64,000 nucleotides of DNA, taken from contig CAXXUO010000002.1 of the NCBI GenBank assembly GCA_963666485.2, positions 128,001-192,000 of the forward strand. Reading direction: 5' to 3'. Origin of the DNA: Syntrophorhabdaceae bacterium. GTDB lineage: Bacteria > Desulfobacterota > Syntrophorhabdia > Syntrophorhabdales > Syntrophorhabdaceae. The stretch's first letter is position 1, and every line of letters begins with the position of its first letter. Of this stretch, positions 1 to 9,082 are shown in pieces. The position numbers and the translations under genes are program-made. A model generated the notes under the pieces. It saw nothing but the letters and a program-made list of their open reading frames with translations, was not told where the DNA came from and made no database searches.

Positions 1-146
1 AAATGCATTGCGGCTAATGTGGACAAATTTCCAAATAGTATGAAGCCTACTATCGCTATGTAGAGATTTCTTTTCCTCTTGATGATCTTTGTAATTATCG
101 CCTTATATTTTTTGTCCTTCATAAATTGCGTTAAGAATTGTTTCAT
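1..146 (-). CDS. Partial CDS running off the window edge; probable periplasmic adaptor (membrane fusion) subunit of the TolC export operon
   Basis: Manual translation from ATG at 146 gives MKQFLTQFMKDKKYKAIITKIIKRKRNLYIAIVGFILFGNLSTLAAMH..., a basic N-terminus followed by one hydrophobic segment. It starts 8 nt after the TolC stop. The product is inferred from position. Confidence 0.55.
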   Translation of the reverse strand, partial: MKQFLTQFMKDKKYKAIITKIIKRKRNLYIAIVGFILFGNLSTLAAMH

Positions 147-154
147 TTCATTTC

Positions 155-1480
155 CTAATTTCCTACGGCTTTTTCCAGGCCTATATAGGCAATTTTATAA
201 TCATAGATTGCCCGATTATGAGACATCATCGCCTTGCTGTACTCGGTGAGCGCATTAACGACGTCTGTTGAATTTCCTACCTGATGTTCATACCGTTTGG
301 ACGCAATTTCGTAATTTTCCGAAGCCTGACAAATCATTAATTTGGTCAAGGCTATTCTGTCCTTTGCCTGAGTCAGATTGACAAAGGCTTCCTGCACATC
401 CTTGACAATATTGTTACGCAATGCATTTTCATTTTCGTTTAAAGCATTCAAATGAGCGATCGCTTCACCGAGATCATTTTTCTTATAAAAACCATCGAAA
501 ATATTGAAATTCATGTTTATCCCCAGCATCCAATTCTCGTTGTTAAAGGAAAAACTGTCGCCATACCAGCCATATTTCGCAGTCCCTGAGATGCTTGGGA
601 AGTATTCGCGCTGCTTTAATGTGACGCTTTGCCTGGCCGCTTCTTTCTGCGCCAGAAGAGATTTAAGGTCGGGCCGATTCGCTAATGCCTTTTCGATAGC
701 TTCTTCTTCACGGCCTGACAATTCATTTATTTCGATGTCTTCTTTGATTATAAATTCGGGGAGATAGGAAAACCCCATGGCATTGTTGAGCTTGATCCGG
801 GCAATTCTTACGGCGTTTTCGGTAATAAGTAGGCGATGTCTTGCATCCCCTAATTCAACCTCCGCCCTGGTGACATCGATACGGGCCTTTAAGCCAACCT
901 TGTAAAAACCGGTGGCATGCTTGAGGTGGTGGCTCGCTTGAGCGACAACCTCCTGCGCAACTTTCCGGTCTTTTTGTGCGAGGTATAAATCAAAATAGGC
1001 CTTTTGAACGTTGAATTTGACCTGGATCCTTGTATTCATCTCGCTGGCACGGGCTGCCCGGGCATCGTATTTGGAAATATCGACCCGGGCCGGAGTTCTG
1101 CCAAAATCGAAGACGTTCTGGTTGAGAGAAAATGACGATATATATTGATCGCTCGCCTTCTTTGAGGCTTCCTGGAAATACAAGTTGCCATTTCCATCAA
1201 TATTGATGCCCATAGAAGGCTTGGCATCAGGATATACATGTGCATATTCTGAAGACAGCCCAATCTGAGGATAATAGGCGGATTGTGTTTTTCCAACTCT
1301 TCTTTCAGCGACTTGCGCATTATATCCTGATTCGCCAATGCTGGGATTATATCTCATTGCAATTTCGACGGTTTGGTCAAGGCTGAGAATTTGCCCGGCC
1401 TTTACGACATCCATTGCTTGCAGTATGATCGGGAAAAGCAAACTAAAAACGAATGAATAAACTAAATTGCGAAGTATCAA
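155..1480 (-). CDS. TolC-family outer membrane efflux protein
   Basis: 441 aa with a signal peptide, two OEP repeats (YYPQIGLS...FSLNQNVFDFG; YFPSISGT...NFNIFDGF) and a LEKAVG C-terminus. Confidence 0.93.
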   Translation of the reverse strand: MILRNLVYSFVFSLLFPIILQAMDVVKAGQILSLDQTVEIAMRYNPSIGESGYNAQVAERRVGKTQSAYYPQIGLSSEYAHVYPDAKPSMGINIDGNGNLYFQEASKKASDQYISSFSLNQNVFDFGRTPARVDISKYDARAARASEMNTRIQVKFNVQKAYFDLYLAQKDRKVAQEVVAQASHHLKHATGFYKVGLKARIDVTRAEVELGDARHRLLITENAVRIARIKLNNAMGFSYLPEFIIKEDIEINELSGREEEAIEKALANRPDLKSLLAQKEAARQSVTLKQREYFPSISGTAKYGWYGDSFSFNNENWMLGINMNFNIFDGFYKKNDLGEAIAHLNALNENENALRNNIVKDVQEAFVNLTQAKDRIALTKLMICQASENYEIASKRYEHQVGNSTDVVNALTEYSKAMMSHNRAIYDYKIAYIGLEKAVGN

Positions 1481-1895
1481 TTTTGGATGTATCTCCTTTT
1501 AGGATAGGGGAAATACAAAAGCAACATGTGTTAATGGTTGCGTCAAGATACTATGATTCGACTTCTTTATCTGTCACACAACAATTGAGTTTTATATGTA
1601 TTGTCATTTAATTGACGATAAACGAATGTCTATATGGGTCCCGAATGACCACAAGAATGATAATAATATAGTATTCTTTTTCATTAAACCTGCGTCTATT
1701 TCCCCTATTTGAACTACAGACAACTTTTCGAACAATCGAGTACTCTGTAAGAGCTACAGGAAATAAAACGGGCGGAACTAGAGCGAATTCTCGATATTTT
1801 CCATTCAGGACCTCTTCTCGAACCTACAGCAGCAGACATTACCGATACAAGAAATGAATACGATCAACAATCACCGCATGAGAAGGAGGAATGCC

Positions 1896-2039
1896 ATGGA
1901 TCTTTTGAGGCGAAGCGGAGGTAGTGCAATAGTGTCTATTATAGTTGGCTCGACGGCGATAGTAATTTTGCTTATGGGAGTTCTTGCGATGGATGCAATG
2001 CTGGGATGGGGAGTATGGAAGTGGCTCGCGGGTCATTAA
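1896..2039 (+). CDS. Small hydrophobic peptide A (47 aa), paralog of the next gene
   Basis: RBS AGGAGG at 1884-1889, 6 nt before ATG 1896. Sequence MDLLRRSGGSAIVSIIVGSTAIVILLMGVLAMDAMLGWGVWKWLAGH. Confidence 0.75.
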   Translation: MDLLRRSGGSAIVSIIVGSTAIVILLMGVLAMDAMLGWGVWKWLAGH

Positions 2040-2068
2040 CACAATCAAACAAAAAGGAGGGTATTGAT

Positions 2069-2221
2069 ATGAATTTTTTACTGAACATGAAAGGAGTCGT
2101 AAATATTGCTGTTGTAAGCCTTATTATGGTGGGATCGCTGGTAATTACCGCCTTGGGAGTCCTGGCCATCGATGTGGTGTTCGGGTTGGGTATCTGGAAA
2201 TGGGTTACGGCGGGCCATTAA
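2069..2221 (+). CDS. Small hydrophobic peptide B (50 aa), paralog of peptide A
   Basis: RBS AAGGAGG before ATG 2069. Sequence MNFLLNMKGVVNIAVVSLIMVGSLVITALGVLAIDVVFGLGIWKWVTAGH; shares GVLAxDxxxGxGxWKW..AGH with peptide A. Confidence 0.78.
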   Translation: MNFLLNMKGVVNIAVVSLIMVGSLVITALGVLAIDVVFGLGIWKWVTAGH

Positions 2222-2278
2222 AAGAATCTCAGTATACAAATACCTGCGCCATAAATATCCTAACAAAAGGGGGCAATT

Positions 2279-2485
2279 GTGAACGTTAAAATGAAGTGGA
2301 AATTTGTCCAAAACGGGATAAGGAAAATAAACGGTTCATCGAACATCCTGCTCAAACATACGGGATCGGCAGCAACCAGCCTTCTTATCATTCCGGCTGC
2401 CGCAGGCATAATATTTGTTGCCTTGACGATACTTTCTTCGTTCTTTAGGCTGCCTCCCATTCCGCTCTGCCCGTATTGCATATAG
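2279..2485 (+). CDS. Small single-TM protein with a C-terminal CPYC motif
   Basis: AAGGGGG before GTG 2279 (alternative ATG at 2291). Hydrophobic stretch LLIIPAAAGIIFVALTILSSFF, then PPIPLCPYCI. Confidence 0.55.
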   Translation: MNVKMKWKFVQNGIRKINGSSNILLKHTGSAATSLLIIPAAAGIIFVALTILSSFFRLPPIPLCPYCI

Positions 2486-2561
2486 TTGAACAAAACAGTC
2501 GCCTTCATGGGATACGAGGGAAATGATTCCTCATTAAACGTGTAATAATGACGGGTAACAG

Positions 2562-2600
2562 AGAACGGGGGACCGAAAAAAGCCTCCCGTTCTTTTTATT
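2562..2600 (+). terminator. Rho-independent terminator closing the small-peptide cluster
   Basis: AGAACGGGGG...CTCCCGTTCT stem (one G-U pair) followed by TTTTATT. Confidence 0.7.
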
Positions 2601-2629
2601 CCGGAGTTGTAACCGGATTTGTAACTCCC

Positions 2630-2885
2630 CTGACCACGAAAGTTGAGAATCCGACATTTACCTGCCGAATCAGCAACGATGTCAGGGATTTCGACCTGTT
2701 CTATGCCCAGATGTATGTCCCTCATATCCAGAAAAGGTTTCAGGACCTTGCCACACTCTGGATTCGTACGAGCACCTCAGAACGGTTTGTCAAAAAGGAT
2801 TCCTTCTGCTTATCGAAGAACACGAGAAAATTGTCGCCGGGGGGGGTCCTGTGCACCGTCGAAAATAACACTCTGTTCTTCAGCT
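2630..2885 (+). pseudogene. Frameshifted gene fragment, possibly GNAT/FemAB-like
   Basis: Joining frames gives ...KVENPTFTCRISNDVRDFDLFYAQMYVPHIQKRFQDLATL / DSYEHLRTVCQKGFLLLIEEHEKIVAG / VLCTVENNTLFFS. It is protein-like, has no start or RBS, and has two frameshifts, one in a G8 run. Confidence 0.45.
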
Positions 2886-2999
2886 CAGCCGCCTCTCCAC
2901 GGTTGACCGGTCTGAAGAAGTTGCTCAATGTCGGCAAAGCTGTACTTTCAAGCGGGGAGAGCCGACGGGCAGGATTGGGAGATGAAGTTCTGAACCGGC

Positions 3000-4490
3000 C
3001 TATCGCGGAACTACCTGTTTGCGAGCCTTCTTCGCCTCTTCTATCGCATCGAGTTGGAGCCGGTAGGCGCTGTAGTACTTGAAGATGTTGCGTACATATG
3101 TTGTGGTCTCCATACCGACCTTTTCGGCTGTGACGACCTCGACGTTGTTGAGCCACTGGTTCGGGTCAAACCCGCGGCGCTCGGCCTCCTTGCGCATCGC
3201 CGCGATCTTTCCCGGGCCGCAATTATAGCTCGCAAAGGCAAACAATGTACGGTTGTTCCCGGTGAATTTGGCATCCGGGAAGTACTTCGTCATGAGGCGG
3301 TCCATGTACTTCGCACCGGCGTGGATGTTGGGCTCGGTAATGCTGATATCACCCACCTTCAATTCCTTGCCGGTGGACGGCAGGAGCTGCATGACGCCGA
3401 TGGCCCCCGAGCGGCTCTTTGCCTTCTGGTTGAGCTGTGACTCCTGGTAGCCCTGCGCTGCCAGCATGAGGGGGTCGAAATCGTATTGCTGCCCGTACTT
3501 CCGGAAGAGAGCAAGGATCTCCTCGAAACGCTTCCACTCCGAGGCACCCGTCGGGTCTTTTATCTGTTTCACCCGGGACATGTACTTTTTCAGCCGGATG
3601 GCCACGAGACCCTGCTTCTGGAGATGGTTCTGCGCGAAGTCGAGGATCTCCGCTTCCAGTTTCGGGCTCCCCTTTCGAATGGCCCAGCCCGTCTTGCCGC
3701 TTTCCCTGGCAACCGCCTGCTGGTTCACCTTGATCTTCGGAAGGATCTGTGCCCACATCTTCGCTTTCCAGTCATCTACCACGATGATCTCGAGAATGCC
3801 GGCATTGACCATCTCCATCAAGTCCTCGTCTTCCAGTGCATCGGGCACAAGTACCAGTTTCACGGCGGACTTGCGCTCCTTCTTAAAACGGGCGTTGAGC
3901 TCGTTGAGGCTCTCATAATAGCTCGATGCCTTCCGGACGTGGACTGTCTTGTCGGCAAGGTCGTCCGTGGAGGCGATCGCGGGGGACTTCGGCCCGGTGA
4001 CGATCAATTCTCTTATACCGGGCTGTTTGGCCGGCGCGACAAAATCCACCGTCTTGAGGCGCTCGGCGGTCATGGTGAGGTTGCCCACGGCAATGTCGCC
4101 CAGGCCGCTTACAACCTCCGGCAGCAGTTTGTCCCGGGTCGTGGGGATGATGAGGACGGTGACCGGGCGCCTGGCCAGCGTCTTCGCATACTTCCTGTTG
4201 ATCCACCGCTCGAAATCGCGGACGTTCTCGGCGGTAATTCCCATCTCGTGCCCGTTGTCGTTAAAATAGAGAGACCGGCTGTACGGCACGAGCACCCGGA
4301 TCACGCGGCGCTCCAACATCTGATCGAAGTCTTTCGTGAAGGGCGTACGGGATATGTCCAGCTGGCGCGCACTTTGCTTCGCGCCCGGTTTGGACGAGGC
4401 GGCGGCGCATTCGCCGGATAAGCCCATGATCAGAACCAGAAAAAAGATGAACCCGATCATAAGCTCCAGCATCCGGTATTTGGCCTTCAT
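3000..4490 (-). CDS. MltF-like lytic transglycosylase (substrate-binding domain plus SLT domain)
   Basis: PBPb-type N-terminal half; SLT motifs QGYQESQL, GAIGVMQL, ASYNCGPG and ETTTYVRNI. Confidence 0.9.
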   Translation of the reverse strand: MKAKYRMLELMIGFIFFLVLIMGLSGECAAASSKPGAKQSARQLDISRTPFTKDFDQMLERRVIRVLVPYSRSLYFNDNGHEMGITAENVRDFERWINRKYAKTLARRPVTVLIIPTTRDKLLPEVVSGLGDIAVGNLTMTAERLKTVDFVAPAKQPGIRELIVTGPKSPAIASTDDLADKTVHVRKASSYYESLNELNARFKKERKSAVKLVLVPDALEDEDLMEMVNAGILEIIVVDDWKAKMWAQILPKIKVNQQAVARESGKTGWAIRKGSPKLEAEILDFAQNHLQKQGLVAIRLKKYMSRVKQIKDPTGASEWKRFEEILALFRKYGQQYDFDPLMLAAQGYQESQLNQKAKSRSGAIGVMQLLPSTGKELKVGDISITEPNIHAGAKYMDRLMTKYFPDAKFTGNNRTLFAFASYNCGPGKIAAMRKEAERRGFDPNQWLNNVEVVTAEKVGMETTTYVRNIFKYYSAYRLQLDAIEEAKKARKQVVPR

Positions 4491-4620
4491 CCGCTCCCCT
4501 CCAAAATGGACTTACTTGTGTCTTACCACACTTAAACCGTGGACACAACCCGGAAACACCCATTATAGACCTCTGTCGGAATACTCGAAAATCGAAGCCG
4601 CCGATAAGCGCCCGGCGAGA

Positions 4621-6774
4621 TCACTTGAGCGAGAGGAGGTGGGTGCGAAGGTTGGCTTTTTTGTTGTTCAGGCCAAGTTTCTTCCGTATGTTGTCCCTGT
4701 GGGAATCGACAGCGCTTGGCGCCACGCCCATTAACCGTGCTATATCCTTCGTCGTCTTCCCCTCCCGTATGAATGACACCACCTCGGTCTCCTTCGGCGT
4801 CAGGCCAAACTGTTTTATCATGTTCAAAAAGGGTGACAGTATCTCGGCGAGGTTCGCCTCGACGACGTTGAGATAGGCCTCATGGCGGGGGGTTAGCTGC
4901 TCTTTTCTTATCTTCCGTATATGGGGCAGGATCATTGTCCTGATGTTCGACACGAACTGGACTTCGAGCTCTTTCCTGTCCTCTTCCCTCTGCTTTAACA
5001 ACACCCTGAGGGCGGTGTTGACCTCTTCGAGGGTTTTGGATTTGACCGACAATTCGTTCTCCCGGTCCTCTCTCCTGGCAATTTCCTCGCGAAGTTCGGC
5101 CGTGCGCTCCGCCACAAGCTGTTCAAGGTGCTCGCGGGATGCTCTTAATTCCTCCTCCATCTTCTTCCGTCCGGTAATGTCCCGATCGGTACCCCGATAC
5201 CCTTTGAGGTCTCCGGCGGCATCGTAAAAAGGAAGGCCATCCGTTTCCAGAACGACAAGGTGTCCGTCTTTATGAACGTTGACATTTTCCAATGCGACCA
5301 ACGGTCTCTCTTTCTTTGCGAATACGGCGAATACTTCCGTCATCCGTTTTGCTTCCTCCGGGGCCATGAGATCAAACGCTGTCTTGCCGAGGACCTCTTC
5401 CGGTTCATATCCGAGTATGTGTTTGATCTGCGGGCTGACGTAGGTATACCGTCCCGCGCGGTCAACCTCCCAGACCCAGTCATACACGGTCTCGACCAGG
5501 CCCTGGAATTTCTGTTTACTCTCCCAGAGCTCTTCTTCGGCCTGCTTGCGGGCCGTTATGTCCTCCGTGAAGCCTTCGTACACCGCCGGTTTGCCCTGAT
5601 CGTCGTAAACCGTCCTGCAGTTCGTGGAGACCCACGCAATGCTTCCGTCTTTCCTGTATATCTGAAATTCAAAGTCGTCGAGCTTCCCTTCCCTGTCCAG
5701 GATGGAAAGGGCCTCCTGCCTTTTGGCCGGGTCAACGTAACTCTGGGTCCCGATATCCGTTATGGAGCCCATCATCTCTTCCGGTGAGTCGAACCCGCTG
5801 ATCCTGGCAAATGCCGAATTAATGGTGAGGAGCCTGCCGTCGGGGGATGACCGGAATATGCCCTCCAGCGCGTTGTCGAAGATGGAGCGGTACATGGCCT
5901 CGGCCCTTCTGCGGTCGGTAACGTCCGTCCCCACGCCGAAAAAATAATCCGGGCTGCCATCGGGTTTTTTTATGGCCCTGCCATGCCATTCCACCAGGAC
6001 CTCTTTTCCGTCTCTTGTAAGGACCCTGTTCTCGTTGAATGTAGGCTGCGCCAGGGTTATCAGTCTGGAGAAAACCGGTGAAAGCCTTTCTCTGTCGCTC
6101 TCGGGCACCAGCCTCATATAGTCCTTGTTCTTCACTTCCTCCAGGTTGTATCCAAGGGCCCCGAGCATTGATGCGTTCATATGCCTGACCGTACGATCGG
6201 CATTGATCGCTACGAAAAAAGCCGGGGACGATTCGACAAGGGTCGAATTGAACGCTATTTCTTTGAGCAGGGCCTCTTCCATTCGTTTTTGCCGGGTTAT
6301 GTCGCGGACGACGGCTTGCAGGAGAGGTCTGCCGTCTATGATCATAGGGCTCAAAAACACTTCCGATGGAAATACCTCACCCGTATCTGCCCGCTTATGC
6401 GCCCATTCAAATTGCTGTGGCCCCGTTGTCAATGCCATAGCTATGTGGCGATCGCCCAACACCCTCGATTCGGTACCGCAGGCCTGAACGGGCGGGGACA
6501 GGTCGGCGGGGTGTATCCCGCACAACTCTTCCCGTGTCGCACAGCCGAACAGCCTGACGGCGGCACCGTTGCAGTCGAAAAAGTGATCCCGGTCCATGAG
6601 CAGCACCGCGTCGCTGGTAGAATCGTAGAGGGTGCGGAACTTCATTTCGGAACGCTGCAGCGCCTCCAGGGTTTTCACGTGCGCCGTTTCCGACTGTTCC
6701 AGTTCACTGATCCTCTGTTTCAGCAGTGATATTTCCTCGACTATTTCCTCGCGTGTCCGGGACGGTTCTTTCAT
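4621..6774 (-). CDS. Multi-PAS, LuxR-type HTH transcriptional regulator
   Basis: Four PAS/PAC repeats ending in DIT/DVT-R; C-terminal LTPKETEVVSFIREGKTTKDIA...VDSHRDNIRKKLGL. The start is likely ATG 6774 (MKEPSRT) rather than 6885. Confidence 0.9.
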   Translation of the reverse strand: MKEPSRTREEIVEEISLLKQRISELEQSETAHVKTLEALQRSEMKFRTLYDSTSDAVLLMDRDHFFDCNGAAVRLFGCATREELCGIHPADLSPPVQACGTESRVLGDRHIAMALTTGPQQFEWAHKRADTGEVFPSEVFLSPMIIDGRPLLQAVVRDITRQKRMEEALLKEIAFNSTLVESSPAFFVAINADRTVRHMNASMLGALGYNLEEVKNKDYMRLVPESDRERLSPVFSRLITLAQPTFNENRVLTRDGKEVLVEWHGRAIKKPDGSPDYFFGVGTDVTDRRRAEAMYRSIFDNALEGIFRSSPDGRLLTINSAFARISGFDSPEEMMGSITDIGTQSYVDPAKRQEALSILDREGKLDDFEFQIYRKDGSIAWVSTNCRTVYDDQGKPAVYEGFTEDITARKQAEEELWESKQKFQGLVETVYDWVWEVDRAGRYTYVSPQIKHILGYEPEEVLGKTAFDLMAPEEAKRMTEVFAVFAKKERPLVALENVNVHKDGHLVVLETDGLPFYDAAGDLKGYRGTDRDITGRKKMEEELRASREHLEQLVAERTAELREEIARREDRENELSVKSKTLEEVNTALRVLLKQREEDRKELEVQFVSNIRTMILPHIRKIRKEQLTPRHEAYLNVVEANLAEILSPFLNMIKQFGLTPKETEVVSFIREGKTTKDIARLMGVAPSAVDSHRDNIRKKLGLNNKKANLRTHLLSLK

Positions 6775-7039
6775 CTCAATCTTCCTGTGGTTGTGATTCA
6801 CGATACGGGCCAAAAGGCCGAGCCTGCAATGCTGCGGCTGCACCGGCCTTCGTCGCCTGCCCGTCACATTTTCCTGCACTTTCATTCAATTTGCAAGGGG
6901 TAATCCCGGGATGGGATCATCGAAATCAGGATCCGGGCCACGTCTTGCATTATCGCATTTCACCTGTGCAAGATTGCCGGTCGCGCCGGGAAAGCTTAAA
7001 AGGTCTGCCGATAATTAGCTCAAGAAAGATTCCTTGACG

Positions 7040-7300
7040 TCAGGACTTCCCGATAAGAATATCGTGCAAATTGATGACCGCCATGGCGATCTGGGAGTTG
7101 TCGACGAGAAAGGCGATGTTTATTTCGGATGCGCTCTGGGAAACCATCCCGGCCTTGATCCCCGCTTTCCCGAGAGCGGCGAAGATATCGACTAGGCCTT
7201 TCGGGTTCCCCTTCAGCTCTTCCCCGCAGAGACCGGATGAGCCCGGTACGGTCACTTTTCACATCTTTCGTATATCCAATATCCCGGCGATATGCAATAT
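7040..7300 (-). pseudogene. Remnant of an aspartokinase-type C-terminal ACT domain
   Basis: ...GLCGEELKG...IFAALGKAGIKAGMVSQSASEINIAFLVDNSQIAMAVINLHDILI matches the aspartokinase ACT pattern. The upstream part (DVKSDRTGLI) lies in another frame and no kinase domain is present. Confidence 0.65.
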
Positions 7301-7400
7301 AAATGTCCGGGAAACGTATCGAACATCTGCCAAATAAGAAAGGCAACCGTCTCCGGCTGCCTCCTTTGTTGTCAGATGAAATGATCTCGCGCTGACGGCC

Positions 7401-7856
7401 CTACTCCTTGTAAACGCCGCATCCGAACACGTAGTCACCGACTTTTTCAACGTAGGTGGTTTTCGCGTCTGTCTTTTTCGTCACCGGATTCGCCCATTTA
7501 TAGTCTACCCAGCCGGTGCCTTTTTCAGTTGCGGTCTTGATGATCTCCTGCATGAAGAGCTTGCCGTCGGCGTCTTTCAACCCCGACACGTCCTTGCCGA
7601 CAAGCTTGGGATTCCCGCCATGGGCAAAGACCATACCTTTCGCATCGATGACAAAGATATAGAGATCGCCTTTCACAAACTGCCCTTTCGGGTCTGAGAA
7701 TTCAGCAAACGCCTTGTCCTTGCCGTTGGCCTTGTAGAACGCCACCCCTTTTTCTATGAGGGCCTTCGCTTCGGCCTGGGTCCCGGCACAGAACCCCGTC
7801 CCTACGAGACCGAACAGAAATAAACCTGCCAACATCATCACTACAAGCTTTCTCAT
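7401..7856 (-). CDS. Stand-alone periplasmic single-Cache (sCache_2) protein
   Basis: Signal peptide; GDLYIFVID, AHG, LKDADGKLF and GWVDYKWANP motifs; RBS GGAGG. Confidence 0.9.
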   Translation of the reverse strand: MRKLVVMMLAGLFLFGLVGTGFCAGTQAEAKALIEKGVAFYKANGKDKAFAEFSDPKGQFVKGDLYIFVIDAKGMVFAHGGNPKLVGKDVSGLKDADGKLFMQEIIKTATEKGTGWVDYKWANPVTKKTDAKTTYVEKVGDYVFGCGVYKE

Positions 7857-8005
7857 TCCAAAACCTCCCCTTTGATTGTTTTGTGTTCCCTGTCAGAGGC
7901 CGAAAGGCTGCAACGCCATCCGGATAAAGTTATAGACAGGGTCCCAATAAACGATGTTATCATACTCGCAGTATAAAACAAACCGTTATCCCGTCAGGAG
8001 GTGCC

Positions 8006-8275
8006 ATGAAAAAATTATCATGTGGGGCTGCTGCATTCTTGATCGCTTCGGCCTTTGCTGTCGCCGCACCCGTAGTAGAGAAGCCGCTTTTTGGGGCGGA
8101 GGAAAAGGTGCCCGTCTCGACCGGGGCCCCCGTCAAGGCAATGAAGCAGCAGCCTCCCAAAACCCAGGGGGCGGCCGGTGCCGCGGCAAACACCGACGCA
8201 GCGAAGAACAAGGCGCAAGGCGGTAAGAAGAAAGATACGAGGATTGAGGACGATCCGATAGGGACAAGGAGATAA
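8006..8275 (+). CDS. Small secreted Lys/Ala-rich protein
   Basis: RBS AGGAGG; signal peptide MKKLSCGAAAFLIASAFAVA; low-complexity mature part. Confidence 0.7.
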   Translation: MKKLSCGAAAFLIASAFAVAAPVVEKPLFGAEEKVPVSTGAPVKAMKQQPPKTQGAAGAAANTDAAKNKAQGGKKKDTRIEDDPIGTRR

Positions 8276-8329
8276 AGCGGGGACGTCCGATGTTCCGTTC
8301 GAACATCCGCCGGGTAAACGAAGGCTATT

Positions 8330-9073
8330 TCATCCCTTCTGTTTATCAGCCGCTTCCGACGCCTTCTTGAGAGCGTTAAGGAATGCCCCGTAATACTTTT
8401 CCGCCGTGTCGCCGGGCAGCGCCTCGTCCTTATCACGCAAGGCATATATGTCTTTCAGCGCGTCCCCGTCGAGACCGAATACGCGGGCCGAGGCCTCGAT
8501 GATCTGCGAATGCCCTGTCACGCCGTTCCCTGTGACCGCGAGGAGGAACCCCAGCGTTTCGACAAAGCGCTTTACCTGCTGAGACATCATCACGGTGAGC
8601 CGCTGCCCCCCGTTCAGGATGTAGTGCCTGCGCATCTTGAGAAGCATGTTGCTCAGGCGCTGTCTCAAGCGGACCATGACGTTCTGGCTGTCTATGCTCA
8701 GGCCCGCAAGGGGATCCTCACCGTAGAGCACCCGGTAGCCGTCCCTGATCGCCATGAATTTCAGGGGGAATATATCCACGCTGGCGGCGATATCGTCAGG
8801 CGTCAGGAAGAGCGGCGCGATGCCCGACCGTCTTCCCTTGAAAACGGGGTCGAGAAGAGAGTGCAAGGCTGAGATGTCGGCATTCCCGACGACAACGAGA
8901 AGATTGATGTCGCTCTTCCCGGGACGGTAGTCGTCACGCGCGGCGCTTCCGTACAGAACGAGCGACTCGAGTGATATCCCGGGGATCTTCTGAATATCCT
9001 CGAGGAATGATGCGACCGCGGTCTTTTCCTCTGTACCCAATTGTGTTCCGGACAGGTCTATGTCTTTGCTCAT
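8330..9073 (-). CDS. Nucleotidyltransferase-domain protein
   Basis: LYGSAARDDY...SDINLL (polymerase-beta-type GS...DxN motif) followed by a helical C-terminal domain. Starts 9 nt after the radical SAM stop. Confidence 0.82.
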   Translation of the reverse strand: MSKDIDLSGTQLGTEEKTAVASFLEDIQKIPGISLESLVLYGSAARDDYRPGKSDINLLVVVGNADISALHSLLDPVFKGRRSGIAPLFLTPDDIAASVDIFPLKFMAIRDGYRVLYGEDPLAGLSIDSQNVMVRLRQRLSNMLLKMRRHYILNGGQRLTVMMSQQVKRFVETLGFLLAVTGNGVTGHSQIIEASARVFGLDGDALKDIYALRDKDEALPGDTAEKYYGAFLNALKKASEAADKQKG

Positions 9074-9082
9074 CTTAACCTC

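Noticed and set aside
7888..7941. CCCTGTC...GACAGGG stem with an inner GCC-GAAA-GGC hairpin as a riboswitch
   Set aside because: The stems are short and I could not match a riboswitch consensus; an Rfam scan would be needed.
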